DNA of 64,000 nucleotides from an uncultured Spirochaetota bacterium. GTDB taxonomy: Bacteria; Spirochaetota; UBA4802; UBA5550. The DNA is taken from positions 160,001 to 224,000 of the forward strand of contig CAWHAA010000010.1 in assembly GCA_963827275.1 (NCBI GenBank), read 5' to 3'. The notes under the pieces are model-generated. The model searched no databases. It was given only the letters and a program-made list of their open reading frames with translations, and was not told where the DNA came from. Of this stretch, positions 19,566-30,535 are shown in pieces. How positions within the stretch are numbered: the stretch's first letter is position 1; every line of letters starts with the position of its first letter. Position numbers and translations under genes: made by a program.

Positions 19566-20305
19566 CGCACCATCTCGGGCAGCGTTTTGCCCGCCATGCC
19601 CTGGATGAATATGTCCGTCGCAAAATTCGTGAGGGCCGTCCGCTCGGTGTTGAATTCGATGATGACCGCCCTGTTCTGCTTGGCGACGAGCGGGATGTTC
19701 GCGGCCGGATAGACCACGGCCGAGGTGCCGACGACCAGGACCACGTCGGCCTTCCGCGCCGCGTCCAGTGAAACGACCGTGGCCTCTTCCGGTATCAGCT
19801 CGCCGAAAAGGACGACCGCGGGCTTCAGGATATCACCGCACTTCCTGCATACCGGCGGGATCTTTTTTTGAATGAGGGCTGCCGCATCGAATTCGTTTTT
19901 GTCATAGTCGGCGCCGCAGTGGAGGCATTCGAGCCGGCTCACGTTCCCGTGGTATTCTATCACGTTGGCGCTCCCCGCCTCCTGGTGAAGGTTGTCGATG
20001 TTCTGGGTGATGATGCAGCGGAGGATGTTCATCTTCTCAAGCTCGGCCAGGGCGGCATGGCCTGCATTGTACCGTGCGTTCACGGTGATGTCCACCATGT
20101 CGAAGAGCATCCGCCACACCTTTCCCGGGTCAGAACGAAACGCCTCGATGGTGGCGTACTCGGCGGGATTGTACTTTTCCCACAGGCCACCGGCGCTCCT
20201 GAAGTCCGGGATGCCGCTTTCAGTTGAAATGCCGGCGCCGGTAAGGGCTATCACGTACCCCGCATTCAGGATCTTCTCAACCGCCCTGTCCATTTCCCTG
20301 TCCAT
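19544..20305 (-). CDS. cobB: NAD-dependent deacylase, Sir2/CobB family
   Basis: TGAGISTESGIPDFR, TQNIDNLHQEAGS, HG, CxxC pairs and VGTS motifs. Confidence 0.9.
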   Translation of the reverse strand: MDREMDRAVEKILNAGYVIALTGAGISTESGIPDFRSAGGLWEKYNPAEYATIEAFRSDPGKVWRMLFDMVDITVNARYNAGHAALAELEKMNILRCIITQNIDNLHQEAGSANVIEYHGNVSRLECLHCGADYDKNEFDAAALIQKKIPPVCRKCGDILKPAVVLFGELIPEEATVVSLDAARKADVVLVVGTSAVVYPAANIPLVAKQNRAVIIEFNTERTALTNFATDIFIQGMAGKTLPEMVRCLKAAM

Positions 20306-20598
20306 TGAGACGCTCCACCATGATAATCGGCAGACCGCCGGAATATCCGCCGATGCCCGTATTGACAAATCACGGGGAAACAAATTGGATTTGTCAAGAA
20401 ATTATATCTTGACATCAGAATTCCCTGTCAGCTATAGAAGTAATTGTACCGGATGCGGCGGCCCGCGACATCTGCTATTTTCAACATGAGATCAGTCCGC
20501 GTTAGCAATCATTGAATGCGTTGAGATCGGGCAACATCCTTCGGCGCGCGCGTGCACGCCTTCTCCGGCCGGGACGAATTCCAATGGAGGGAGGTCCT

Positions 20599-20847
20599 AT
20601 GGATAGACATCCAATGAATTGCGAGTGCGGCGGCGCCCTCATAGACGGGAAAAGCTCGTATCGCGTCAGCAAGAAGCACTTCTCGCTCATCATCGATAAT
20701 ATACCCGCGTTCAAATGCACCCGGTGCGACAAGGTGCTCTACGCCGAGGAAACGGTTGACAAGATACAGCAGCTCGTCAACCGGCTCGAGCGGGACGCCA
20801 GGGAGATCGTCTCCGGCAAACCATCGACCAACCTGTACGATTACTGA
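20599..20847 (+). CDS. YgiT/MqsA-type zinc finger protein
   Basis: CECGG...IIDNIPAFKCTRCD; GGAGG RBS. Confidence 0.75.
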   Translation: MDRHPMNCECGGALIDGKSSYRVSKKHFSLIIDNIPAFKCTRCDKVLYAEETVDKIQQLVNRLERDAREIVSGKPSTNLYDY

Positions 20848-20861
20848 GCAAGGAGCCTGTC

Positions 20862-22304
20862 ATGAGAGTCAGATTCGCACCCAGCCCCACCGGGTTTCTA
20901 CACGTGGGCAATGCGCGCACGGCCATCGCCAACTATCTTATCGCCCGGAAAAACCGGGCGACCATGGTGCTCCGCATCGAGGACACCGACATGGAGCGGA
21001 GCACCCTTGAATCGGAACAATCCATATACCAGGACCTCTCCTGGCTCGGCATCACCTGGGACGAAGGTCCCGACCGGGGGGGCGCGTTCGGGCCCTACCG
21101 CCAGTCCGAGCGCTTCGACATATACCGCGCCTACACCGAGAAGCTGATCAGCCAGGGCAACGCCTACTACTGCTACTGCACGAAGGAAGAGCTGGAGAGC
21201 ACGAAGAAAGGCGCCTCCGGCGAAACCGAATCCTACACCTACAGCGGCAGGTGCAGGAACCTTACCGCGGAGGAGCGCAGGGAGCTCGAGGCCCAGGGCC
21301 GGAAGCCGACCGTGCGGTTCAAGGTGCCGGACAACGTATCGGTGGTCGTGCAGGACATGATCAAGGGCCCCGTCGAATTCAACAGCAGCAACATCGGCGG
21401 CGACTTCATCATCGTACGGTCCGACGGCGTGCCGGTGTACAACTATATTGTCATCATCGACGACGCCCTCATGAACATAAGCCTGGTGATACGCGGCGAT
21501 GACCACCTCTCCAACACGCCGAAGCAGCTCCTGGTGGCCCGCGCCCTCGGCCTGAACGAGCCGGAATACGCGCACCTGCCCCTCATCATGGGGCCCGACC
21601 GCTCCAAGCTCTCCAAGCGGCACGGCATCACATCGGTGGAGATGTACCGCAGGCAGGGGTACCTTCCTGAAGCGCTCATGAACTACATGGCGATGCTCGG
21701 CTGGGCGTCGGAATCAGGCGAGGAGATCCTTCCCCTTGACGCGATCATAAGCCAGATCGACCTGAAAAAGCTGTCAAAGAACGCGCCGATATTCGATTTC
21801 CAGAAGCTCAAATGGATGAACGGCATGTACATACGCGAGTACCCGGTCGGCCCGCTCGCCGACCTGTTCGTGCCGCATATCGCCGCCGCGGGGTACGACC
21901 CGGCAACGATAGACCGGAAGCACCTGGCTGATATCGTTTCCGTGCTCAGGAAGTCGTGCGAACTCCTCACGGACATCGGCCCCCTGGTCGGCATTTTCCT
22001 TGACGAGGTGGCCGAGCCGGACGCGGAAGCCGATGCGATGCTCCGGAGCGAGGACGCGAAGAAGGTTATCGCGGCGGCGCACGCCCTCTTCGGCTCAGGG
22101 CTCACGGCGGACAATTTCGCCGCATCCCTTGTCGCCCGCGTCAAGGAAGCCACGTCCCTGAAAGGCAAAAGCCTTTTCATGCCCCTCAGGGCGATAATCA
22201 CCGGGCGGCAGAAAGGCCCGGAGCTCGACCAGGCAATGCCCCTCATCGGCTTCGACAGGTGCAGGAAGCGGGTCGAATACTGCTTTGAAAAATATTGCAG
22301 GTAG
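20862..22304 (+). CDS. gltX: Glutamate-tRNA ligase
   Basis: RFAPSPTGFLHVGN, LRIEDTD, RGDDH and KLSKR motifs. Confidence 0.96.
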   Translation: MRVRFAPSPTGFLHVGNARTAIANYLIARKNRATMVLRIEDTDMERSTLESEQSIYQDLSWLGITWDEGPDRGGAFGPYRQSERFDIYRAYTEKLISQGNAYYCYCTKEELESTKKGASGETESYTYSGRCRNLTAEERRELEAQGRKPTVRFKVPDNVSVVVQDMIKGPVEFNSSNIGGDFIIVRSDGVPVYNYIVIIDDALMNISLVIRGDDHLSNTPKQLLVARALGLNEPEYAHLPLIMGPDRSKLSKRHGITSVEMYRRQGYLPEALMNYMAMLGWASESGEEILPLDAIISQIDLKKLSKNAPIFDFQKLKWMNGMYIREYPVGPLADLFVPHIAAAGYDPATIDRKHLADIVSVLRKSCELLTDIGPLVGIFLDEVAEPDAEADAMLRSEDAKKVIAAAHALFGSGLTADNFAASLVARVKEATSLKGKSLFMPLRAIITGRQKGPELDQAMPLIGFDRCRKRVEYCFEKYCR

Positions 22305-22342
22305 CGGCCCCGGGCCCGGTACCGTCGCTGCGGAGGTGCACC

Positions 22343-23029
22343 GTGAAACAACTCGCATCCGTCATCATGCTCTTACTTGTCGCTGCCGGCGCGTGCGGCG
22401 GGAAACCCTCGTCGATACCGACCGGCTCATGGAAGTACCGCCTCCTGGTAAACGGCGCGGACATCGGGAAGGCCGTTGTCACGAACACGGTCACGAACAA
22501 CCGGTACGTCTCCACCATGGACATGGATATGAACGCGGGATATGTGCGGAACACCGTACGACAGGTCACCACGGAGACGCTCGATTTCAGGCCGGTCAGC
22601 CTGGAGGTGCGCAGCACGACCCTGCAGGAGGGACAGGCCCACGAGGCCGTCACCATCGCAACATTCAGCGGAAACAGGGTCGAACTCGATACCGGGGACT
22701 CTAAAATACGCATCACGACAGGCAGGCCCTTCATCATCGAGGGTAATTATTTCATGGGCGAGCTGATAAAAAGCGGCTTCAAGGACGGGACGGTGGTCAG
22801 GAACCATGTCTACGAACCGTCAGTCGACACGGAAGAGCCGGTGCTGATGATGGTCAAGGTGTTCGGAACCGAGCAGGTAACGGTCAACGGCAAAACCATG
22901 GAGCTGATACACCTGGGCACATCAATCGAGAACCTTAAAAATATCGATTCGTATATAGACAGGAAGGGGGTCGTGCACAAGTCCGTAATCACCATGCTGA
23001 ACAACCGGCTTGAGTTGATACTTGAATGA
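22343..23029 (+). CDS. Hypothetical beta-rich lipoprotein
   Basis: GTG start after GGAGG; AGAC lipobox; coupled to the downstream gene. Confidence 0.65.
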   Translation: MKQLASVIMLLLVAAGACGGKPSSIPTGSWKYRLLVNGADIGKAVVTNTVTNNRYVSTMDMDMNAGYVRNTVRQVTTETLDFRPVSLEVRSTTLQEGQAHEAVTIATFSGNRVELDTGDSKIRITTGRPFIIEGNYFMGELIKSGFKDGTVVRNHVYEPSVDTEEPVLMMVKVFGTEQVTVNGKTMELIHLGTSIENLKNIDSYIDRKGVVHKSVITMLNNRLELILE

Positions 23030-23850
23030 TGCGCCCCCGCTGTCCCGCGCACGGCTGCCACGGCAAACCGATGGTACAACGATCGCTCTACCTCATCCTG
23101 TTGCTCGCCCTTCTCCCGGGGATATCCTTCTCCCTCGACCCCTTCCGCTATACCGTTGACCTGAAAAACTTCAAGGATGAAATTTACCGCAGTGACACGT
23201 CCCGCTACCGGATCACGTCGTCCGACACGGACTTCACGCTGATCGGGAACCGGCACCAGAAGGTGATCAGCCGGTCAGCCGAGGACGGGAAAAAAACCGT
23301 TGTGATACGGGCCGGCGCCCCCGCGGCAGGCGTTGAACGCCTGGACAACCGCGCGGATTACCTTCGCGACACCAGGTTCCTGAGCCTCTCCTCGCCTGAA
23401 ATCGCCGGGGCAGCGGCGCGGCTCAGGGGCGGCGCCGACCCGGTCCGCGCCGTTGAGAGCTTCGTGTACGGACATATCAGGGAGAAGACCCTCGGGATAC
23501 CGCTGGCGCCCGCGGCGCGGGTATACCGCATGAGGCGGGGAGACTGTACGGAGCACAGCGTACTGGCAGTTGCGCTATTACGAAAACTCGGCGTACCCGC
23601 CCGCGCGATCGTCGGGATGTATTGTACCGATGAATTCCTCGGCAGGAGGAACGTCTTTGCCTATCACATGTGGGCCGAAGCCTACTGGAACGGCGGATGG
23701 CGACTTGTTGACGCGACCAGGCCCGGCGAAAACCGCTACAACCGGTATATCGCACTGACGGAGCACAGTCTCAGGGCCGAGGCGCCCCTTCCCTATCTTC
23801 GCGCCATTTCGGCGATACAGGATCTGACGATCGAATACCTCGGGAAATGA
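23026..23850 (+). CDS. Secreted transglutaminase-like protein
   Basis: GDCTEH, YHMWAEA and VDAT catalytic triad motifs; signal peptide. Confidence 0.85.
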   Translation: MMRPRCPAHGCHGKPMVQRSLYLILLLALLPGISFSLDPFRYTVDLKNFKDEIYRSDTSRYRITSSDTDFTLIGNRHQKVISRSAEDGKKTVVIRAGAPAAGVERLDNRADYLRDTRFLSLSSPEIAGAAARLRGGADPVRAVESFVYGHIREKTLGIPLAPAARVYRMRRGDCTEHSVLAVALLRKLGVPARAIVGMYCTDEFLGRRNVFAYHMWAEAYWNGGWRLVDATRPGENRYNRYIALTEHSLRAEAPLPYLRAISAIQDLTIEYLGK

Positions 23851-25530
23851 TCACTCCTTCCCCTTCGAGTCCTTCAGGGTGACCGTGCGGTTGAACACCG
23901 TCTTCCCGGGCGTGGTATCCGGGTCAACACAGAAATAGCCGAGACGTTCGAACTGGTACCGTTCTCCCGGCTTCGCTCCCCTGAGGGACGGCTCCACGAG
24001 GCAGCGGTCGAGCACCTTCATGGAATCGGGGTTCAGGAGGGTCCGGTAGTCCTCGGCCTCTTTCGAATTTTCCGGCTCGGTGACGGTAAAGAGACGCTCG
24101 TAAAGCCGCACTTCAGCCGGGACCGCGTGTTCGGCGGAAAGCCAGTGGATGGTCCCCTTGACCTTCCTGCCGTCCTGCGACCAGCCGCCCCGCGTCGCGG
24201 GGTCATACGTGCAGCGCACCTCGATGATCTCGCCCCTGTCGTCCTTCACGACGCCGGTGCAGGTGATATAGTAGGCGAACTTGAACCTGACTTCCTTCCC
24301 GGGCGCGAGCCTGAAGAATTTCGGCGGCGCCTCCTCGCGGAAATCGTCCCGCTCGATGTAGAGGACGCGCGAAAACGGCACCGTGCGCTTGCCCATGCTT
24401 TCGTCCTCCGGATTGTTGACCGCTTCAAATTCCTCGGTTGTTCCCTCGGGATAATTTTCTATGACCACCTTCAGCGGGTCCAGGACGCCGATGACGCGCG
24501 GTGCGCGACGGTTCAGGTCTTCCCGCACGCAGTGCTCGAGCAGCGCCATCTCGACAACGTTGTCCGCCTTGGCGACGCCGATCCGGTCGGCGAAATCACG
24601 GATTGATTCCGGCGTGTACCCCCGGCGCCGCAGGCCGCAGATGGTGGGCATGCGCGGGTCGTCCCACCCCCGTACGAAATTCGTTTTGACGAGCTCGAGG
24701 AGCTTCCGCTTGCTCATCACCGTGTGGGAGAGGCTAAGGCGCGCGAATTCGATCTGGCGCGGCCGGGCCCTGCCGGGTTCGGCGATCTGGTCAAGGAACC
24801 AGTCGTAGAGCGGCCGGTGCACCTCGAACTCGAGCGTGCATATGGAATGCGTGATGCCCTCTATATAGTCCGACTGCCCGTGCGCGAAGTCGTACATCGG
24901 GTAGATGCACCACGTGTTCCCGGTGCGGTGGTGCTCATCGTGCTTGATGCGGTACAGGACCGGGTCGCGCATGTTGATGTTCGGCGCCGCCATGTCGATC
25001 TTCGCGCGCAGGATCCGGGTGCCGTCGGGGAACTCGCCGGCGCGCATGCGCGCGAACAGGTCGAGGTTCTCCTCCACGCTCCTCTTCCGGCCCGGGTCCT
25101 CCTGCCCCGGCCAGGTGGGGCCGCCCCTGGTCGCGGACACCTCTTCAGGGGTCATATCGGAGACATAGGCGAGCCCTTTTTTAATGAGGAGCACCGCCCA
25201 CTCGTACAGCTGCCCGAAGTAGTCGGACGCGTAGTAGAGGTGCGTTCCCCAGTCAAAGCCGAGCCACTTCACGTCGTTGATGATGGAGTCGGTGTACTCG
25301 ACGTCTTCCTTTTCGGGATTGGTGTCGTCCATGCGGAGGTGGCAGCGCCCGCCGTACTGCTTCGCGAGGCCGAAGTTGAGGCATATCGATTTCGCGTGGC
25401 CGATGTGGAGGTACCCGTTCGGCTCCGGCGGGAACCGCGTCACCACCTGGCCGCCGTTCTTGCCGCTCTTGAGGTCCTCGTCTATGATGTCCTTGATGAA
25501 ATTCGTGGTTGTCTTCTCGCTGGTATCCAT
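23851..25530 (-). CDS. glnS: Glutamine-tRNA ligase
   Basis: [25 protein letters not shown] and YQFERLGYF motifs. Confidence 0.96.
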   Translation of the reverse strand: MDTSEKTTTNFIKDIIDEDLKSGKNGGQVVTRFPPEPNGYLHIGHAKSICLNFGLAKQYGGRCHLRMDDTNPEKEDVEYTDSIINDVKWLGFDWGTHLYYASDYFGQLYEWAVLLIKKGLAYVSDMTPEEVSATRGGPTWPGQEDPGRKRSVEENLDLFARMRAGEFPDGTRILRAKIDMAAPNINMRDPVLYRIKHDEHHRTGNTWCIYPMYDFAHGQSDYIEGITHSICTLEFEVHRPLYDWFLDQIAEPGRARPRQIEFARLSLSHTVMSKRKLLELVKTNFVRGWDDPRMPTICGLRRRGYTPESIRDFADRIGVAKADNVVEMALLEHCVREDLNRRAPRVIGVLDPLKVVIENYPEGTTEEFEAVNNPEDESMGKRTVPFSRVLYIERDDFREEAPPKFFRLAPGKEVRFKFAYYITCTGVVKDDRGEIIEVRCTYDPATRGGWSQDGRKVKGTIHWLSAEHAVPAEVRLYERLFTVTEPENSKEAEDYRTLLNPDSMKVLDRCLVEPSLRGAKPGERYQFERLGYFCVDPDTTPGKTVFNRTVTLKDSKGKE

Positions 25531-25682
25531 TTCGACCTGCCTGTTATGCAACATGGTATCAATACGATAACAAGCGTCACCGCCGGGATACGTCAAGAAT
25601 TATACGGGATTTATTTTCCAATATTGGGGTTTCCGGTGCAAAATGACCCGCGGACCGCTGTTATTTTACATCCAATTAATAA

Positions 25683-26258
25683 TCAGACATACACTGACAG
25701 CGCCGTGCGCCCGTAAATCCTTGTGGCCTTCAGGCGGCACCGCGCCAGCTCCTCTTCCATGACATTCCCGCTGAAATGCTGGATGATGATGTTCCCGCCT
25801 TCCGCGAGGATGCCGGCCTCGCAGATGTTCCCGATGATTTCACGGTGAAGGAGCACGCCGCCCCTCTCTTTCGCGTAGGGAGGATCGAGAAAGATATGCC
25901 GGAACTGCATGCGCTTTGACTTCAGGTAAGGGATGGCCCGCTCCGCCGTCATCCGCAGCACCAGGGGCCCGGCTTCGATCCCGATCCCTTCGGTGAATGA
26001 TTTGATGAACTGGCAGCGCCTGGCGTCGGATTCGACAAAGACCACCGGGTCGGCGCCCCTGCTCAGCGCCTCGAGGCCGATCTGGCCCGAGCCGGCGTAA
26101 AGATCGAGGAACCCCGTGCCGTGCAGGTATTCCCCGATCATGGAAAACACGGCGCCCTTGACCTTCTGGGGGGTGATATCGGCATTGTCGAAAGCACGAT
26201 TATCGAAAGGGACCAGGCGCCCCTTCATGTCGCCGGCAATGATCCTGACGCCTGCCAT
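25683..26258 (-). CDS. rsmD: 16S rRNA m2G966 methyltransferase
   Basis: RIIAG, LDLYAGSGQIGLEALSRGA and FLDPPY motifs. Confidence 0.9.
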   Translation of the reverse strand: MAGVRIIAGDMKGRLVPFDNRAFDNADITPQKVKGAVFSMIGEYLHGTGFLDLYAGSGQIGLEALSRGADPVVFVESDARRCQFIKSFTEGIGIEAGPLVLRMTAERAIPYLKSKRMQFRHIFLDPPYAKERGGVLLHREIIGNICEAGILAEGGNIIIQHFSGNVMEEELARCRLKATRIYGRTALSVYV

Positions 26259-26259
26259 T

Positions 26260-26454
26260 TCAATCCAGGGCGGCGTTCAGCTCATCAACGAACGCCTGAA
26301 CGTCCATGCCCTTGCAGATCGCTATCTTTTCTATAGTGTCCTCGCCTATTCCCTTGCAGCCGGGACAGTAGAGGTTGTGCTTTTTGAATACCTTGAGGAT
26401 GCCGGGAGACATCTTCAACGCGTCGGGCGCTTTAGTGCTTTTCGTTATCTTCAT
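26260..26454 (-). CDS. DUF1858-like small CxxC protein
   Basis: VFKKHNLYCPGC...DTIEKIA...GMD...ELN pattern. Confidence 0.7.
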   Translation of the reverse strand: MKITKSTKAPDALKMSPGILKVFKKHNLYCPGCKGIGEDTIEKIAICKGMDVQAFVDELNAALD

Positions 26455-26584
26455 TTGGGTTGTATCCGGTGTATATTGGAATAATTACTGACATTCTACA
26501 GGCAGGTACGCGGCAACCGTCAAGTGAAATATATTCCCCCTGGCCCCGGAAGGGGCTTGCGGGAATATGCGGAAACCATAGCGT

Positions 26585-26704
26585 TACATAAATCTGCCCC
26601 TCATGGGTACCGGCCCAAGTAACACTATGCGTTTTATATGAAGCCGTCCCCCTCTCAAAGCAAGCCGCCTCCGGCAGAAAAAACGCCGGGCAGAGTTTTA
26701 AATT
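26585..26704 (+). repeat. Dispersed repeat family, diverged copy 3
   Basis: TACATA...CCCCTCATGGGTACCGGC...CCCTCTCAAA...CCGGCAGAAAAAACGCCGGGCAGAG aligns with the reverse complement of 7442-7588 and with 36218-36332. Confidence 0.7.
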
Positions 26705-26803
26705 CGGACCCTGTCGGCAGATAAAAATAAGTGTTGAATTATTCCTGTGCTTCTCATATTGTTGAGCGATCCAGAATCAGTACTCCATGGCGAGAGGTAA
26801 AAC

Positions 26804-28183
26804 ATGGCCGCCTTGTTTGAGCGATTGCTTGACAGATACCGGGATTCGGACCATATCATCAAGCTCAAGGCCAGGTTCCTTCTGCGCGTCTGCATCGCAG
26901 CCGTCGTTATCATCCCCTTTATCATCGCCTACAACATGTACCTGACGTTCACAAAGGCGGTGTACGGCCACGCGATCTACTGGCCGATCATCGCGCCGCT
27001 GGTGTTCATTTTTTTTGTCTATCTATCCGTTATATTCCTGATCGCCATCGGCCGCTTTTCGATCGGGGCACATCTCTTTTTTATCGCAACACAGCTCCTG
27101 ATGTGGTCAATCATCATTGTCGATAAAAGCGGACCGCTCGAACGCCTTGATACGATAGCGGTGCTGATCGCGATACTCTCGATGAGCCCCCTGGTCATAA
27201 CCCGGCGCGCCCTGCTCATCCCGGCCTATTCGGCGATAACGGTGCTGGCCGCCGTACTCTTCGTAAAATTCGTGATGCCGGGCCTCTCCCCCACCGAAAC
27301 GATCGATTTCCTCGGCGATATCGCGATCGCGGCGCTGGCCGCGGCGATATTCTCATACAACCTGTTTTCGATCAACAGGAGCGCGCTGGAGCACTCCGAG
27401 GAGAGCAGGCAAGACCTGGCGCGCGCCAACGAGGAGCTCGCTGCGACAAACGAGGAGCTCGCGGCGACGAACGAGGAGCTCGAAGCCACCATGGAGGAGC
27501 TGACCGCCACCAATGAGGAATTTGAGGCACAGAACGGGGAATTGATCAAGTCGCAGGAGGCCATCAACGAGTCGCTCAGGGAAAAGAACGTCCTGCTCAG
27601 GGAGATCCATCATCGCGTCAAGAACAACATGCAGATCGTTTCCAGCCTGCTGAACATGCAGGCCCAGACCATCGACGAACCGGCCGCACGGCATCCCATC
27701 GACGACGCGATCAGCCGGATCTATTCCATAGCCCTCATACACGAAAAGCTGTATCGTGCCGACAACTTCACCCGCATCGACATGGCCGCCTACGTAACCG
27801 AGCTGATGGACGAGATCATCCAGCTCTTCTTAAAATCGCCCGACGATATCCAGGTCATCACCGATCTCGAGCAGATCAACCTGCCCATCGACCAGGCGGT
27901 CCCCTGCGGCATCATGATCAACGAGATCCTTACGAACTCCATCAAGCACGCATGCAGGGACACGGGCCCCTGCCGCATCGACATACGGATGTCCATGTCC
28001 GACGGCATGATGGACCTGGTCATCGCAGACTCCGGCCCCGGCATGGAGCACACGATTATGGAGAGTGGCGGCACAAAGACCATGGGCATGCAGATCATCA
28101 GGGCCCTGGCCCAGCAGCTGAACGCATCGATTGAGGTCAGCACCGGCGAGGGGACTAAATACGTCATACGCTTCGCTTTATAG
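26804..28183 (+). CDS. Membrane sensor histidine kinase (HisKA_2 type)
   Basis: About 6 TM segments, a coiled coil, LLREIHHRVKNNMQ, NEILTNSIKHA and DSGPG motifs. Confidence 0.92.
   Translation: MAALFERLLDRYRDSDHIIKLKARFLLRVCIAAVVIIPFIIAYNMYLTFTKAVYGHAIYWPIIAPLVFIFFVYLSVIFLIAIGRFSIGAHLFFIATQLLMWSIIIVDKSGPLERLDTIAVLIAILSMSPLVITRRALLIPAYSAITVLAAVLFVKFVMPGLSPTETIDFLGDIAIAALAAAIFSYNLFSINRSALEHSEESRQDLARANEELAATNEELAATNEELEATMEELTATNEEFEAQNGELIKSQEAINESLREKNVLLREIHHRVKNNMQIVSSLLNMQAQTIDEPAARHPIDDAISRIYSIALIHEKLYRADNFTRIDMAAYVTELMDEIIQLFLKSPDDIQVITDLEQINLPIDQAVPCGIMINEILTNSIKHACRDTGPCRIDIRMSMSDGMMDLVIADSGPGMEHTIMESGGTKTMGMQIIRALAQQLNASIEVSTGEGTKYVIRFAL
27428..27520 (+). repeat. Intragenic 21-bp tandem repeat encoding NEELxAT heptads
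   Basis: Four units of AACGAGGAGCTCGCxGCGACx type plus a partial fifth. Confidence 0.75.
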
Positions 28184-28359
28184 GAATCCGCCCCCCGCAA
28201 GCAACGGCCCTGAGGGCGCAATGCGTCGTATCGGTGGTACCTGCACCCTTTTAAAACACGCCCGCTCCGGTAAAAAAATCACCGGATAGAGTCCTTGCAT
28301 GTACTGAGAGGGAGCCCTGTTTTACCGGTCCACAGAAATCAAGCAAAAAAGGCGGGAGC

Positions 28360-28540
28360 ATGAAACAGTGCGGATTATTTGATGAGATTGAACGACCCGA
28401 AGAACACGGCATCGCCCGGAGGGTACTCAGGAAATCCAACCGGCAATTGGACAAAGCGAATTTGACGGCATAATCAGGGAAAATTGTTGATGCAACTTTC
28501 GTTGATGTACCACGACAGCGAAACACCCGTGATGACAACA
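28360..28540 (+). mobile_element. IS5-family transposase remnant (internally deleted, with stop)
   Basis: One frame reads MKQCGLFDEIER...NRQLDKANLTA*SGKIVDATFVDVPRQRNTRDDN, resembling the IS5 GxIVDAxFVxVPRQRN motif. Confidence 0.75.
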
Positions 28541-28551
28541 ATCATACAGCA

Positions 28552-29838
28552 TTACCGCTTGTCAATCTCGGCGTAATCGCGCAGGGTGCTGCCGGTATAA
28601 ATCTGGCGCGGCCTGCCAATTTTAAACGGCACGGTATCATGCATCTCTTTCCACTGCGCTATCCATCCAGGCATCCTGCCGATCGCAAACATGACCGGAT
28701 ACATGTCCGTAGGAATGCCCATTAACCTGTAGAGAATCCCGCTGTAAAAGTCGATGTTCGGATAGAGCTTGCGCTCGACAAAATAATCATCGTTAAGGAC
28801 CGCCTGCTCAAGCTCCATGGCAATATCAATGAGCGGTTCCTTGATGTTGAACTTTTTGAAAAGTATCCCGCAGTGCTCTTTCAGAATCCTGGCCCGCGGA
28901 TCGTAGTTCTTGTAAACGCGGTGGCCAAAACCGAAAAGCTTGAATTTATCTTTTTTATCCTTCGCCTTCTCCATATACTGTTTGATCGATACTCCTTCAT
29001 CCAGGATGTTTTGGAGCATCTCGATCACGTGCTGGTTTGCTCCGCCGTGGAGCGGCCCCCACAGGGCGCATATCCCGGCGCAGATAGAAGAATACAGATT
29101 GACCAAGCTGCTGCCAACAAGCCGCACCGTCGAGGTGCTGCAGTTCTGTTCGTGGTCCGCGTGAAGGATGAGGAGGACATTGAGCGCTTTTTCGATCTCC
29201 GGATGGACCTCGTACGGTTTCACGGGGCTGTCAAACATCATGTGTAGAAAATTTCCGCAGTACCGCAGATCATGCTTGGGATACACAAACGGCTTGCCCA
29301 TGGAATGCTTATATGAATACGCGGCGATGGTGCGTATTTTTGAGATCAGACGCGTGGCCATTGCGTCAAACGTCTGGCTCATGAAGTCTTCCGTATAAAA
29401 ATAGGGATAATAAACGGAAAGTGCGTTCACCATTGTGCTCAGTATCGCCATGGGATGCGCCGAGGAGGGAAACCCGTCAAAAAAACGGACCATGTCTTCA
29501 TGAATCATCGAGCTCTCGGTAAGCTTCGCCGAAAAGGCCTTGCGCTCCTCCTCCCGCGGCAGATTCCCATACATGAGCAGAAAGCATGTCTCGGTAAAGC
29601 TGGCCCGTTCCGCAAGCTGTTCGATCGGGTATCCCCTGTAGCGCAGAATGCCCTGTTCCCCGTCTATATACGTGATCGAGCTCAGGCACGATCCAGTGTT
29701 CTGATATCCGGGATCAAGCGTAATATACCCGGTTAATTCTCTTAACGAGGTAATATCGACGGCCTTCTCTTTTTCAGTGCCTTCCACAACCGGCAAACGG
29801 TGGCTCTTGCCTTCAAGATTCAGTATTGCTTCACTCAT
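28552..29838 (-). CDS. gltA: Citrate synthase (type II-like)
   Basis: LHADHEQNCST, GPLHGGAN, GFGHRVYKNYDPRA and YPNIDFYSG motifs. Confidence 0.96.
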   Translation of the reverse strand: MSEAILNLEGKSHRLPVVEGTEKEKAVDITSLRELTGYITLDPGYQNTGSCLSSITYIDGEQGILRYRGYPIEQLAERASFTETCFLLMYGNLPREEERKAFSAKLTESSMIHEDMVRFFDGFPSSAHPMAILSTMVNALSVYYPYFYTEDFMSQTFDAMATRLISKIRTIAAYSYKHSMGKPFVYPKHDLRYCGNFLHMMFDSPVKPYEVHPEIEKALNVLLILHADHEQNCSTSTVRLVGSSLVNLYSSICAGICALWGPLHGGANQHVIEMLQNILDEGVSIKQYMEKAKDKKDKFKLFGFGHRVYKNYDPRARILKEHCGILFKKFNIKEPLIDIAMELEQAVLNDDYFVERKLYPNIDFYSGILYRLMGIPTDMYPVMFAIGRMPGWIAQWKEMHDTVPFKIGRPRQIYTGSTLRDYAEIDKR

Positions 29839-30488
29839 AACCCGACCTCTTAATTGTTCAACATCATCCCGAATTCAAGGTATTCGCCGTCTCTCTGCTG
29901 AATTATCAAAGCAGGTACCAGAAAAACAGCCGTTGCATGTTATATCGCAGTTATAAATAATAATTGAATTGAAAATGAAGTTATTAATTGTGATTCCCGC
30001 GACCGTACGTCTTCGTGCTGGCTTCATCCGCTCCGTCCAGGTCTGTGAATGCATCCTGACGGTTCATAAATAAATCTGGATACTGCGAGACAGTTCTGAA
30101 TACTTTTATATTTTAAAACAATACTCGCAATACTATTCTTCGCGGGACAAATAAGTTGGATCACGAACAAGCCGTGTCAACACATTCAATCGAATTAGCT
30201 CCGTATAAATACGTCAAGCGTAATTCGTGCCATAATTTTATGTCCCGATGATTTTTTTAAAATATTTTTGCAAAGAAAAATGCCACCCATGAGCGCCAAT
30301 GATACTATAAAATTTCAAAACGGTTGTGGGAAAGTAAAAACCAGGGTACCCGATTATCAATACATGCAATCCGCATGATATCTGGTTGGGAGTACGCCGG
30401 CTTGTATAAATGAATAACAAGTCACAAAAAGATGAAAGCGCCGCAGATTATTTCCAGGGAATCTGTTTCCTCTTAATTCACGCCCGAT

Positions 30489-30526
30489 CCGGCAGAAAAA
30501 GCGCCGGGCAGCGGCTTTATATTTTT
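30489..30526 (+). repeat. Dispersed repeat family, partial copy 4
   Basis: TCCGGCAGAAAAAGCGCCGGGCAGCGGCTTTATATTTT matches the conserved end of the family. Confidence 0.6.
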
Positions 30527-30535
30527 TAGCGACAC

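Noticed and set aside
19544..20305. Sir2 protein as an anti-phage defence component
   Set aside because: A canonical zinc-binding CobB-type deacylase within a housekeeping operon with mutL.
27428..27520. 21-bp tandem repeat as a special element
   Set aside because: It encodes the common NEELxxT signalling coiled coil of histidine kinases.
29839..30488. Long AT-rich intergenic region upstream of gltA as a riboswitch or ncRNA
   Set aside because: No recognisable aptamer consensus or convincing structure by eye; an Rfam scan would be needed.
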